64,000 nucleotides of DNA from Octopus vulgaris (Eukaryota): the NCBI GenBank assembly GCA_951406725.2, contig OX597814.1, positions 147,312,001 to 147,376,000 of the forward strand. Reading direction: 5' to 3'. Positions 52,618 through 64,000 of the stretch are shown here, in pieces; position 1 is the stretch's first letter, and the number at the start of each line of letters is the position of its first letter. The notes under the pieces are model-generated. The model was not told where the DNA came from. It worked only from the letters and a program-made list of their open reading frames with translations, and searched no databases. Position numbers and translations under genes: made by a program.

Positions 52618-52717
52618 TATTGTCAATAATAAAAGGGTAAAATTAATTAATTAATTATTAATTAATTTTATTGTCAATAATAAAAGGGTAAAATTAATTA
52701 ATTATTAACTAATTTTA
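52618..52717. repeat. ~50-bp AT-rich tandem duplication
   Basis: tattgtcaataataaaagggtaaaattaattaatta...aatttta occurs twice. Confidence 0.85.
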
Positions 52718-54719
52718 CTTTTTATATATAGATAGGTAGATTGTTAAGTAGGTAGACTAACATTATGTATGCATTTATGTATCTATATATGTTGGTATGA
52801 CATGTCTGTATGCATTTATGTATGCATGTTGGTAGGTAGTTATGTAGGTAGACAGGTAGGTAGGTGGCTATGTAGGTGTGAAGTGCATGACTTACTGGTT
52901 AAAGTGTTGACCGTTCCAGCATAACTTTGATGTTTCGTTTCCTAAGAGGACGATACAATTTTTTTCTGAAAGAAAGGCGCTTCAATTTATCTTGCTCCGG
53001 TCAATTCAGATGAAAGTAAGTAATATTGCACTGCTGATACAACCCTCTCATCTTCATCAGGTAAATCCCCATTATTCATTGGGGCCAGTGGTGGAATGGA
53101 GCGAGAGTGTCTGTCTATGTTTGCTTGCGAGAAGAGAGGCACCTAAAACAACTGTTATGTCTGGCTCGCTTTTTCAGAGACGTCTAAGTTATAAACTTTT
53201 GCATGTATATGTCTGTGTGTAGGCTTGTGTGTTTGTTTGTGCATGTCTGTGTGCGTGTCCGTATGTGTGTATGAATGAAAGTACTTATATGTATGCGTTT
53301 GTTTTGTTGTGGATAATTTTTCATTTGTATGTTGTAAGTTAAATTTATATTTGTGAAACTGAGAATATATTTGCTTAATTGTAAGTTGCAAAATGGAAAT
53401 TGATGTTGTACTCAAACCTGAATAAGAAGAAAATATTGAAATGTGCATACACACACGTAATAACCTGCATGTATACAGATAAACATATACACGTATATAC
53501 TAGTAGAGATGTACACCCAATCCGAAAGAGAAGCGTGAGTACAGGCACGTAATTCCCTGCTGAAATGCCGACCATTCATATACACAGCTGCACATGTTTC
53601 GATATGCACACACAAGCGATCACAAACATGCACACGCGCACACATACAGACATACACACACATACTCACATACATGCAGTGAGAGGGTGATTAACCGGAA
53701 TGAGAGAATGAGTAAATGAAGAATTGAGAAAAGTTAAGACACATGTGTATACGTATAGTTGTGTGCTCTAAGAATATATAATAATTTACAAATACAAACA
53801 AGTGTATATGCGCATGCCATTGTTTTAACAGAAGCGCTCCACACGCTTTGTGCGTGTCTAAGTGTGTTTGAAAATCTCTACATCAGATTCTCGTCAAAAG
53901 TAAAAATCTGGGATGGTTAGAAACCGACAAGTGGCACGTAACTACATTAGATAAAGGTGTAACATATAATTAGCTTCATGATAGAATTTGATGGCCCGCG
54001 GTTCAATTAACACACCCAACTTCCTGTTATCGTAAACACTTCCTTTAGAGAGTAGTCTTCAAGTATGTCTTAATGCAATTAGCCAGATCCAGCAATTTTA
54101 CTCTATTCCTACCATATTTCTCAACCACCTGCACTTAACAACTAAATTATGCCAGACTTTCGAGATTCTTCTGATCGATATTTGAACAATTATTTGAATA
54201 ATGTTTTTAACCATGAATCTCTAACTAGATAAAGACAGTGGATGGATGTTTTCTTCAAGACAGTAAGTTATTGGTAGCAACTGTTAATATGTGTATTACT
54301 ATGTCATACAATCACCATCTAATTGTCTATCAATAAGAATGAGTAAGTTTGCTGTTGTAGGTAATGCTTTAGAAGTCTCGAGGAATGTAATTTTCTTTCT
54401 ATTATCTTTATGCTATTTGTATATATATATATTGATTTATATACGTACATAAATGGATACAGAAGCAGCAAGCTGTTTTCTGATTAAACATTATATACAG
54501 GATGTATATTTTGAGTGTTAAATATATATACGCCATCAATCGGAAATTTATTTCTATTGCTGACTGTTTTAGATTGTCTGAGTGGTTGATTTACCATTGT
54601 ACTGTTCTGCAATTCCTTCAATCCCTCACCCTGTATTTTGGTGGGAATTTTGTTGAATAAAATGTATTAGTTAGTGATGTTTATCTATGTAGATTTTTTC
54701 GCGTTTCCCTGACCATATA

Positions 54720-55484
54720 CGCGGACTGATCAATATGTATCCAGACTGTTGGCCTCGTAATGAAGCTAAAGCACGCAGAGTGACGCCGCTTGACAACTAT
54801 GTTGTCCATGCGCACAAACTTTGAACGTCCTAGCTCTCTTCCGCTGTTTACAGCAATGCTTGGAAGGGAGGTGTACAGCGTGTGATCGTCGCATTGACCA
54901 ACGGAAAGTTGCAGAAAGTGTATGGAGAGGATTGTATGAGCCGTACACGAGTGTATGAGTAGTTCAGAGGTTTCCAAGATGGTCGAAATATTGACAAAAA
55001 CAGAACTGAGGAAAATATCGCTGATGTGAGTGCAGCTGTGAAAGAAAATCGTCGAATCACCATCCATGAGTCATCAGAAGATGTGCAGATTAGTTACGGT
55101 TCTGTTCAATCCATTATCACTGAAGAGGTGTGTATGAGACACGTGTCTGCTAAGTTTGGGCCCAAATCGCTTTCAGCTGACTAAAATACACTCGGATTTA
55201 AGTTGCAGAATCTCTCCTAGATTGTGTCGAGAACGATGAAAACTTCTTGAAAATTTTGCGTAGGCCTCTGAACATGTATCGCCGAGCTTTTGGCAAAATT
55301 TGATGCAGACTCTGCTTAACTTTCTCTGTCATGGTCAATTCGACGATCACGTGCTACTTACCTTCCTTCCCAGCACTGCATGCACGGCAAAGTAGAAATT
55401 CAGTCTGTGACAAGCCGCTTCACTCTGCGTGCTTTAGTTTCATTACTATCGCAACAGCCCGGATACTTATTTATTAGACCCCCG
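54720..55484 (+). mobile_element. Internally deleted mariner-like element with long (~70-bp) imperfect TIRs
   Basis: cgcggactgatcaatatgtatccagactgtt..gtaatgaagctaaagcacgcagagtga versus tcactctgcgtgctttagtttcattac..aacagcccggatacttatt..cccg. Interior VYGEDCMSRTRVYE*FRGFQDGR, VKENRRITIHE, HVSAKFGPKSL (HTH region and WVPREL-like). Confidence 0.85.
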
Positions 55485-55649
55485 TCTTACAAATGGAGTT
55501 TCGCAGGGCTTCAAGGTTACTGTGGGGCTTCACATAATCTCTTCTTACCAGTTTATTCCAGATGAAGCCAGAACACGGCTGTTTCGTCTATTTGTGTTTA
55601 TATTTTGTGTGAAATTCTTCTCATCTGTATAAAATATCAATCCAGGTTT

Positions 55650-56255
55650 GCGTTTCATTTTGTTCAACCTTCTATTCTTTTATCTTAAAGTAACAAGCGT
55701 CTTCACAAGTCTTAGAACGATTTTATTTTCAAGTCTTTTGTCACTGTTCTTTCAACCGTCATAACTGAAACTCCTCTTTTACATCCCAACATAGATTGAG
55801 TTGGATCTCTTCTGATTGATCTCTTCTACTCCAGATTCAAATGATGACCCCCACCCCACCCTCTTGCGGTTATGATTTCCCGAACCAGTTTACGTTTTCA
55901 CTATTTCCTGTTTCTCAAATTTATTCACAATCCTCTTGATAGTTCTTGAATAGTCTTTGAAGATGGAAGTCAGAGAATTAATGTTGGTGCCATTACTGAA
56001 GCTCTGGATGATCTTAGCACTCTTAAAATTGCTCATTTGGGAATACATGGCGAGGCAAAATTATTTGAGTTTGTTCACTTTGTAGCTAAATAACTGAATA
56101 ACTGAATGGGTATTTTATTGATTCTAACAAAATCTGATGTCCGTATGGCCAGGTATCTTATATGGGAAACATGGTAAATTGCAAATCAATTAGTTTACTG
56201 GTTTCAAGACCTTTTAAGGAATTCTGAGAGTTACAGTTATGCTGGCACACCCGTT
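55650..56255 (-). mobile_element. Tc1/mariner-superfamily (maT-like) transposase N-terminal remnant
   Basis: Minus translation IVNKFEKQ, SIRRDPTQSM, GVSVMTVERTVTKDLKIKSF; end resembles TA|cgggtgtgcca. Confidence 0.5.
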
Positions 56256-56871
56256 ATATATATATAGGCACACACACACACACGCACATATATATTGATG
56301 TATGCTTACATGTATGCAAATTTGTATAATTTTGCTACTGTAAAGTCATCGATTTCTTTGTTATATTTTCAAATTGGCTATTAGTCAACGATGTGTTCTG
56401 CGATTATTCTAGAAGTTGAAGTGATAGCCATATATTTGACACTAGGTATGTGATGAATAATGCAACGAATAAGTTAGAGTCACGTGCATTCCTGTCTGAC
56501 TTTGGGTTCGTCCTTTCTATACGTTGCTCATTCGCCTTATTTTGCAGAATTTTGTTTTGAACAGTAAATCGACACTGGTAAGTTCTGATCATTTGTCTGC
56601 TGGATATTGAAAATTTCCTTTACCTACTTGGTCGCCGAGTGTGCTATTATTATTTTCTACAATTACAATTTTAGGGAACATTTTTTAAAAGATTACTTCA
56701 AGAATTTTATGCATTTTTTCTGAGAGATTATTCTAACCCCTATTGTCATTTAATTGATTTTTGAAACTGAGTGATAGGTTGACTCTTCGCCCTTGCAATA
56801 ATAGTAAATAAAAGCCATGAAAAGCGATGTGAGTGGGTGTGGTTATTTCATAACTACGAAGGAGCATTTAG

Positions 56872-57216
56872 TCACCCCAGAACGCAACTGGTACTTAATT
56901 TATCGACCCCCGAAAGAATGAAAGGCAAAGTCAACCTCGGCGTAATTTGAACTCGGAACGTAAAGTCAGACGAAATACCTATTTCTATTTCTTTACTACC
57001 CACAAGGGGCTAAACACAGAGAGGACAAACAAGGACAGACAAATGGTTTAAGTCGATTATATCTACCACAGTGCGTAACTGGCACTTATTTAATCGATCC
57101 CGAAAGGATGAAAGGCAAAGTCAACATCGGCGGAATTTGAACTTAGAACGTAACGGCAGACGAAATACGGCTACGCATTTCGCCCGGCGTGCTAACGTTT
57201 TTGCCAGCTCACCGCC
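56872..57216 (-). mobile_element. SINE family A dimer (second unit 3'-truncated)
   Basis: Two cores; the sense-strand junction reads aaagaaatagaaataggtatttcgtctg. Confidence 0.9.
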
Positions 57217-57875
57217 TTCAGTATTGTAAATATCGACACAGCTATGCCCAAATAGAAGTAATGATTGGTTTCTAACATATGGAAATGTAGAGTTACAAAT
57301 GATAATGAAAATAGATTTTGGAGTTTAGTTTCCCAAATCTTGCTATTGCATTTTTAGGTATGCAATGCATTTAATCAAACTCTACAGACTACACCATAGT
57401 CATCGTATATACATAGATCATTCAGTTGAAACAATGCGGCGTCAAGTAAAAACATTGAATATTTTAAAAATTCGAAAATATCACTAACAGTGAAGTAATT
57501 GAATGTAAATTAAGAGGACTAAATGATGATTTTGTTTGGATTATTTACTTTATATTTAGTTATATATTGAAGCGAACTAAATAATGTAACCGATTAAAAA
57601 TAAAAACTAAAGTTAGGAGAAACATGACTAAAATAACGTAACGCTGAAACTAATACATTTAATTTCACATTTTTCTTTCTTTTTTTTCTTTTTTTTTTCC
57701 TTTTAAAACTACATTAGTTACGAATCTAAGAGACAAATTTATTTTTGATTCTAAAGATTTTACTCCAATCAAAATAAGTTTCGTTATAACTTTCAAAAAT
57801 ATACTATTAATAAATTTTTACAGATTATTATCTAATAAATCCTTGTTTATATTTTTAAATCGTACATATACTGAA

Positions 57876-57920
<45 letters not shown>

Positions 57921-58104
57921 GAGAGGCACGAGCATGGTTCAGAGGCTGAGAAACTCGCTTCGCAACGATAGGGCAAAAAGGTTCAGTTTCCTCCTTAGAA
58001 TCATAAATAATGCACTCAGGCATTCGTTACTTTGTGATTGGAAAATTCCTTTGGGAACTTGATGTGTGCATGTATGAATGTGTGTGTGTATATTCTTATT
58101 CTTT

Positions 58105-58152
58105 TTCTTCTTCTTCTTCTTCTTCTTATTCTTCTTCTTCTTCTTCTTCTTC

Positions 58153-58217
<65 letters not shown>

Positions 58218-58225
58218 AATAATAA

Positions 58226-58300
<75 letters not shown>
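58105..58300. repeat. (TTC)n-(TTA)n-(TAA)n compound microsatellite with strand switch
   Basis: (TTA)n at ~58153-58215 is directly followed by (AAT)n to 58300. Confidence 0.95.
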
Positions 58301-58301
<1 letters not shown>

Positions 58302-58509
58302 GAAACAATAAAGAAGAGGGCGCCTGTTATCAAACGGAAATATTTTGACATCTCATGTGTTTTCCACAGCTTCAAAAATAAACTTCAATCCTATGAATAT
58401 TACCAAAATGAAGTAGATTGACAAGTATATTTTTTGAACCTATGGAAGACACACGTGATATCGAAATATGTTCATTTGATAACAGTCGCACTCTTCTTTA
58501 TTATTTCAT
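58299..58509. mobile_element. Hairpin/foldback MITE-like element
   Basis: 58307-58390 is an imperfect inverted repeat of 58416-58502, with a 25-bp spacer. Confidence 0.75.
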
Positions 58510-59053
58510 AATAAATGCCCTGATGCAATACCAGGCAGTGACACTCATGGCTTTTTATCTTAACAGATTGAAAGTGTTATCGTGTAAATTAATTTGTCTT
58601 GGTATAAAAGATGGGCTACTGGAAATATTCAGCTCAATACCACATATTTGCTTGTTTATTGCTTGACCATAACCAGTTGAGCATGCCCCTTAGTGGCTAC
58701 CGATGTGCTTTTCTGATTACGAGCAAAAGTATTGGGGAGCATCATAGCCATGTGTTGAGAGTAATTCTTTGGGGTTTGGAAAATTCACCTTCGGCAGCAA
58801 GTTCGTTTTGTTCAACATCCTTTAATAACCCTTATTCAGGGACCTATTGAGGAGGATGGGCTATTGAAGCTGAAGAAAATTCTAACTGGGCCGCACTTGC
58901 AAGGTCATGCGCTGTCTATCTTGATATAAAATCACCATGTCGCACATATATGGTTGTGATGCATTTGCCTGGTGTACCCTTATCAGACGTATAGTCATGA
59001 TGGGTATACTGGGCTTCGTATATTTTACCAGTTTCACCCAATGAATAATAATG

Positions 59054-59116
<63 letters not shown>

Positions 59117-59224
59117 TAGGTAGCCTGTTAGCAATAAAAACTTAAAGGCAAATTTATAAACAAGAGTACAAAATAGTACAAGCATTGCTACAAACAAGTG
59201 TCAAAAGCTACTCAATTATCCACA

Positions 59225-59376
<152 letters not shown>

Positions 59377-60008
59377 AAATGGCACTGCTTAAAAAGTGTC
59401 AGCTTTTCCCCTCTTAATCAAAATTCATATCGTTAGATTCATTTTAGTCTTGCCTTAGTAGATACACAAGACAACTTCGCCTTGGTTTCCGTCACAGGAG
59501 AATAACTTTTTCATTTGCGACTATATTTTCATAATGCACTCAATTTATTAGTGCAAAAGAATCTAGGACACAAATATTTCAATATATCGTAACTCTTCAG
59601 ATAGTAGTAATCTGAGTAACAAAATGACGAGAGCCGAGAGCATTAATTAGAGCTGGAAAAATAAGATCAAATCAACTAAGGGTTTGTTCACTGAAATTAT
59701 AAACAATGCCATCGATTCTCGTCAGATTATTTTGTTCAAGTACTTCTCTCTTTAGTGACACATGTCAAAGCGCTGGTGTCCCAGACTATATTGCACTATG
59801 TAATAGAATGCTATGAATACAGTCGGAAAGGAGAAGTGGTTCTCCTGTGACAGACAAAACGGCGATTAACAAATTGGTCTCGAATCTTGCTGAGAGGTTT
59901 TAAAAATAATTATGCAAGTTTCAAGAATAAAATACGCAATAGTTTCGGTTGACGCTGTTCACCTCGCAAATAAAGCTTTACATGCACACACACAAATGCA
60001 CAGATATA

Positions 60009-60603
60009 TTGGGTCATCTCATAAATAATACGGCTTTTTTCAATTGCATGTACTAAAATTTGGAGGAGAACATGATAATCAACCTGCATCAACTTGCTAT
60101 ATAAGCAGGTAGTAATTTTACATTGTCCTTATTCTCAGTGCAACTTTTGAATAATGCAGTTCGCTTTTAACAGTTATTTTTTTCAAACTTAAAATGGAAG
60201 TGGACAATAAGCGTCAGCCAGTGTTAACAGTGGTTCCAGAAATTCGGAGCTGGAATCTAAAGCCTAGAAGGCGAACCTCGTCCTGGAAGTTCTGTAGGAG
60301 AGTTCTGCAAACCTTGATAGAGTAAATTCTGATCGTAACTGTTGAAGAACTAGCAGTCTTCAAAATAATTTCGACGGAAAAATTATGAATTCTGTAGACG
60401 AGGTCAGGACAATAATGGTGGAGTATTTTTAGTCATGGACAGGTGAATTTTAGAAGAGGGGTCTTGCAAGTCTATGATATAGACGGACGAACATTGTAGA
60501 AAATGAATGCGAGTATATTTTAGATTAAAAAAGAACTTTGTTTATCTTAATCTTGAAAATTAAAAGAAGTATAAAAAACCGCATTATTTATGAGATGACC
60601 CGA
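60009..60603 (+). mobile_element. Internally deleted relative of the mariner at 2392-3580
   Basis: TA|ttgggtcatctcataaataat ... attatttatgagatgacccga|TA; shares ggttccagaaattc..aaagcctagaag and atgaattctgtagacgaggtcag segments. Confidence 0.9.
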
Positions 60604-60710
60604 TATGTGTGTATGTATGTCATATATAATATACCATACGCATATAAATATATACGTATGATTTATGTATTAGTGTATGCACACTCACACAAGAAACACA
60701 TGTATGTACG

Positions 60711-60756
<46 letters not shown>

Positions 60757-61213
60757 TGTGTGTGTGTGTGTTTAAGATTATTCTAATACTGAACAGACGT
60801 TTACAATTTTGTAGTCTCCCAACCAAATTGTAATTGAACCGTTCATACTGTTTAATGAGATCTTCTCGACAAAAAAAGAGAAAAATGAATTGAAGTATGA
60901 AAGTTTAATTGACCTTTTGCCCAATCATAATGCTAGTAATCATTACCATCTCTGCACTAATGACAGTAACATGCATCACTGAAATCTCAGTTAATATATT
61001 CCCTCCATTCGTCTTTTAGCCTAAGTTATATAGTGAGTTTGCTTCCTATAATAACGAGACGTGCATTTAAAGTATATTAATGGCTCTAATTTACATTGGC
61101 TTATATAATTATCTTTCTGATTTTAGAGAATCATATGACGCTGTTAGCACGATGTGTAGGAGATAAGTATATGTTAGTGTATTTAATGCATGAGAAAACC
61201 ACAAAAAAAAAGC

Positions 61214-61296
<83 letters not shown>

Positions 61297-61312
61297 TAAT
61301 AATAATAATAAT
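61214..61312. repeat. (AAT)n microsatellite
   Basis: Direct reading. Confidence 0.95.
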
Positions 61313-61814
61313 GATATAGATGATAACTGATGAAAAATAAAATATTTGTGAGCAAATATATTATTTCAGTTCATGATTGATACTTTTTCTATTTGTATTC
61401 TGCAAGTGCTGGAGATAACTTTAAACAAGTCTCTTTCTTAATTATCCGTTTTCAATACAGTGCTGTATACTTTCGTTTATAGTGTTAAGTATGCCAAGCA
61501 AAGTAAAATCACGAATCGAGTTCTTACATAATTGCTCTTAAACTAAACCAAACACTAATAATTGACAAATATGCTTTTATATCGTATATTTACGCATTCG
61601 CACTGATTTCCACTCATATGTGCACATGCACATCTACATAAGTATGTATATATATATACATATACACACGCACACATACATATAAACATACATGCATGCA
61701 CGTATGCATACATAAATACATACGTACATACAATCACACATACATAAATACGTATGTACGTACGTACATACATACATATATACATACATGCATACGTACT
61801 TACGCACATACATA

Positions 61815-62900
61815 TGAAAGGATCCTTGGCTTGGTTACGGCTTTCTCAAAGCATGTAGAGTTGGAATTTGTTCTGGATAAATGTTTCTACATGGTTGTGA
61901 AAAGAGGGATACCTGTATAGCAGATTGCAGCATCACTATCAATGACTTAACTGTTTCTCCTATATTTGTTGAGGAATGTTATAGCTACCTAGAGGTAGAT
62001 TAAAACCTATCTTACGATGGTACTTGTTAAAAGACACGTTCACTAAGGAATATACCAACCGGATAATGAAAATATCCATCTCAGAAGTCTCTGCATTCAA
62101 TAAAACAGTAACCCGTAATGTATTTACAGTATGAGTAATCATGCCAACATGCGGGCCACTTTATTGTGCGCCTGATGAAATCTGTGCCATTGAATGAAAA
62201 CATGGAAGATACTGACTAGCTTACATAACTTTCACATCGACAGTGACGTAGGCCGCTTCTACCTAAAACCGTCTCTACCTAAATCATGGAGGCAGATACT
62301 TAACATCAAGCCAGACTGTCTTTGAATGTCAACATCGACACACACGAGGCAGATAACATCATGAGACTAGGAAAGCCATTCCTCGAGCAACAATCGTTGT
62401 TTGATAACATACCCAAGGACGTCTAGTGCAACGTTCCATCAGATGAAAGGATGAGCGTATATCAGCAGAAGACTATGTATGCAATGTTAGCTGAAAGTTC
62501 GGGGACGATAGTAACATTGGTTCTCAAAGCAGTCTGTCATAGACCATGAACCGGATTACCAATACTCACTTTCAGGAGCAGGCGTTTGGAATCCAGGAAC
62601 AGGTAATATCAACCAAATACTTGACGCACAAAAGAGTGAGAGGGAGAGAGAGATATGCAGGAAAATACCAAAATGCGATAACTGATTAAGACTTTGTGGA
62701 GTTAACCTCGAAGATATCACCCATCATCAAAAGCAGTTGTCGGAAATTGTTATAACTGTATAATGTACCGATGATATATGATAAGGGCTCCGTGAGAAGG
62801 ATAACCCTGAGGTCAAAGAAATAATAACCCCCAGTATGGTAGAAGCCATAGCCACTCCTATTAAGAAGGAGTAGTAGTGGAGTGTTGCAGTGAAAACCTT
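61815..62900 (+). mobile_element. Degraded R4/Dong-like RT C-terminal fragment
   Basis: FSKHVELEFVLDKC..VKRG (cf. FTKEIDMKFGLEKC..LKRG), FHIDSDVGRFYL, QEQVISTKY, LRLCGVNLEDITH. Confidence 0.65.
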
Positions 62901-63769
62901 AATACAATGTAAACATAATAGGTTCTGAGATAGGGATTTGGGTCAAGGATAAGAAACAGTATACAGTAGTGGATATCAGATGTCTTGCGAGTGTTAGCAT
63001 AAAACCAAAGATGGACGTTAAAGAAAACAGCTACGCCGAACTACTGAGAAATTCACAGTTACTCTACCTGGATTATAAGTTCAGGCTGATAACTATAATT
63101 AATGAGACACCAATCTTGAGAAATTAGGCTTCTCAAACCAGAAAGGAGAAAGCTTATTCGAAAACTATAGATCCATGCCATCACTGTAAAATTGTCCAGA
63201 AGTTTACCATTTAAGTATATATGCGTATTTCTAGACATGCAACTATATACATGAGAATACATACATAAAACAAATAATTCAAATCTGCACATTTACACGT
63301 ACAATCTTTCAAAAATACCCTGTTCATATTCCAGAAATTGCAATGAATGAGCGTTGTATCTGAGATAGAAATTGGCTCTTTATCGATAGGAAATCTTGAA
63401 ATAAAATCTTGAAATAAAATTGAATAATGACATACATAGTTATACAGTGATTATCTCATCTTCCCAGATGATTGCTGTCCTTTTGCGCTTTCTCGCTGTG
63501 AATAACCTTTCTGACCTTTCGTTCACGCTCCCTCCGAAGACTATACAGTTCCTATGCAGATATGCGGAATCTGAGTTATAGATGATAGACGAAAGTTGTA
63601 ATTTACTGTGCGCTTCTAATTGGATAGTTTTACACACATCACTAATTCATCCTTAGCATAGGACTTCCAGTAGTTATAGAACTTTCAGGAACAGGCTCTC
63701 AAGAATTCTAAAAGATTCACCATAACAATACAATTGTAAGTAATTGGATAATAGTGATAAAAGTGATAA

Positions 63770-63982
63770 AAGGCCGGTTTTCTGGTTTCATTGCGTATAT
63801 ATTCCGTACCTGGATAGGACGCGAGTCTGTCGGAGGAATACTCATTTTTGCCAGCCAGCTAAGGGGACTAGAGCAACTTGAAATGAAGTGTATTGCTCAA
63901 GAAAAAAACGCGTCGCCCGGAATCGAAACCACAATCTTACAATCATGAGTCTAATATCCTAACCAGTAATCAACGCGCTTCC
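63770..63982 (-). mobile_element. SINE family D copy
   Basis: gagcaacttgaaatgaagtg..cggaatcgaaaccacaatcttac..cgcgcttcc matches 20401-20633. Confidence 0.8.
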
Positions 63983-64000
63983 ACTTACTCCAGATAATAT

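Noticed and set aside
63440-63720. YNSDSAY resembling the mariner YSPDLAP motif
   Set aside because: Too degenerate, and no TIR found.

Overview
AT-rich, repeat-saturated eukaryotic DNA in which I could not identify any host protein-coding exon, so it is probably intronic or intergenic. Abundant (TA)n/(TTA)n/(GAT)n microsatellites and the tRNA-headed SINE families present suggest an octopus (cephalopod) genome; this is inferred from repeat recognition, not verified. Almost all supplied ORFs are microsatellite translations or antisense shadows of transposons. The supportable content is: (i) a near full-length but inactivated R4/Dong-like LINE embedded in (TAA)n, plus three older fragments of that clade; (ii) a Tx1/L1-like LINE with both ends, inserted into the tRNA-like head of a SINE, and a related ORF1-only element; (iii) RTE fragments and Penelope GIY-YIG fragments; (iv) several mariner/Tc1 elements and two copies of a GG-terminated MITE with 8-bp TSDs; (v) many SINEs. 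Most noteworthy are a 1.9-kb cluster of (TA)n-embedded mini-elements carrying type I hammerhead ribozyme motifs (two apparently intact) and a possible SINE/Tx1 partnership, shown by a shared 3' tail and repeated insertion in or next to SINE heads. All coordinates were read by eye and may be off by a few bases.
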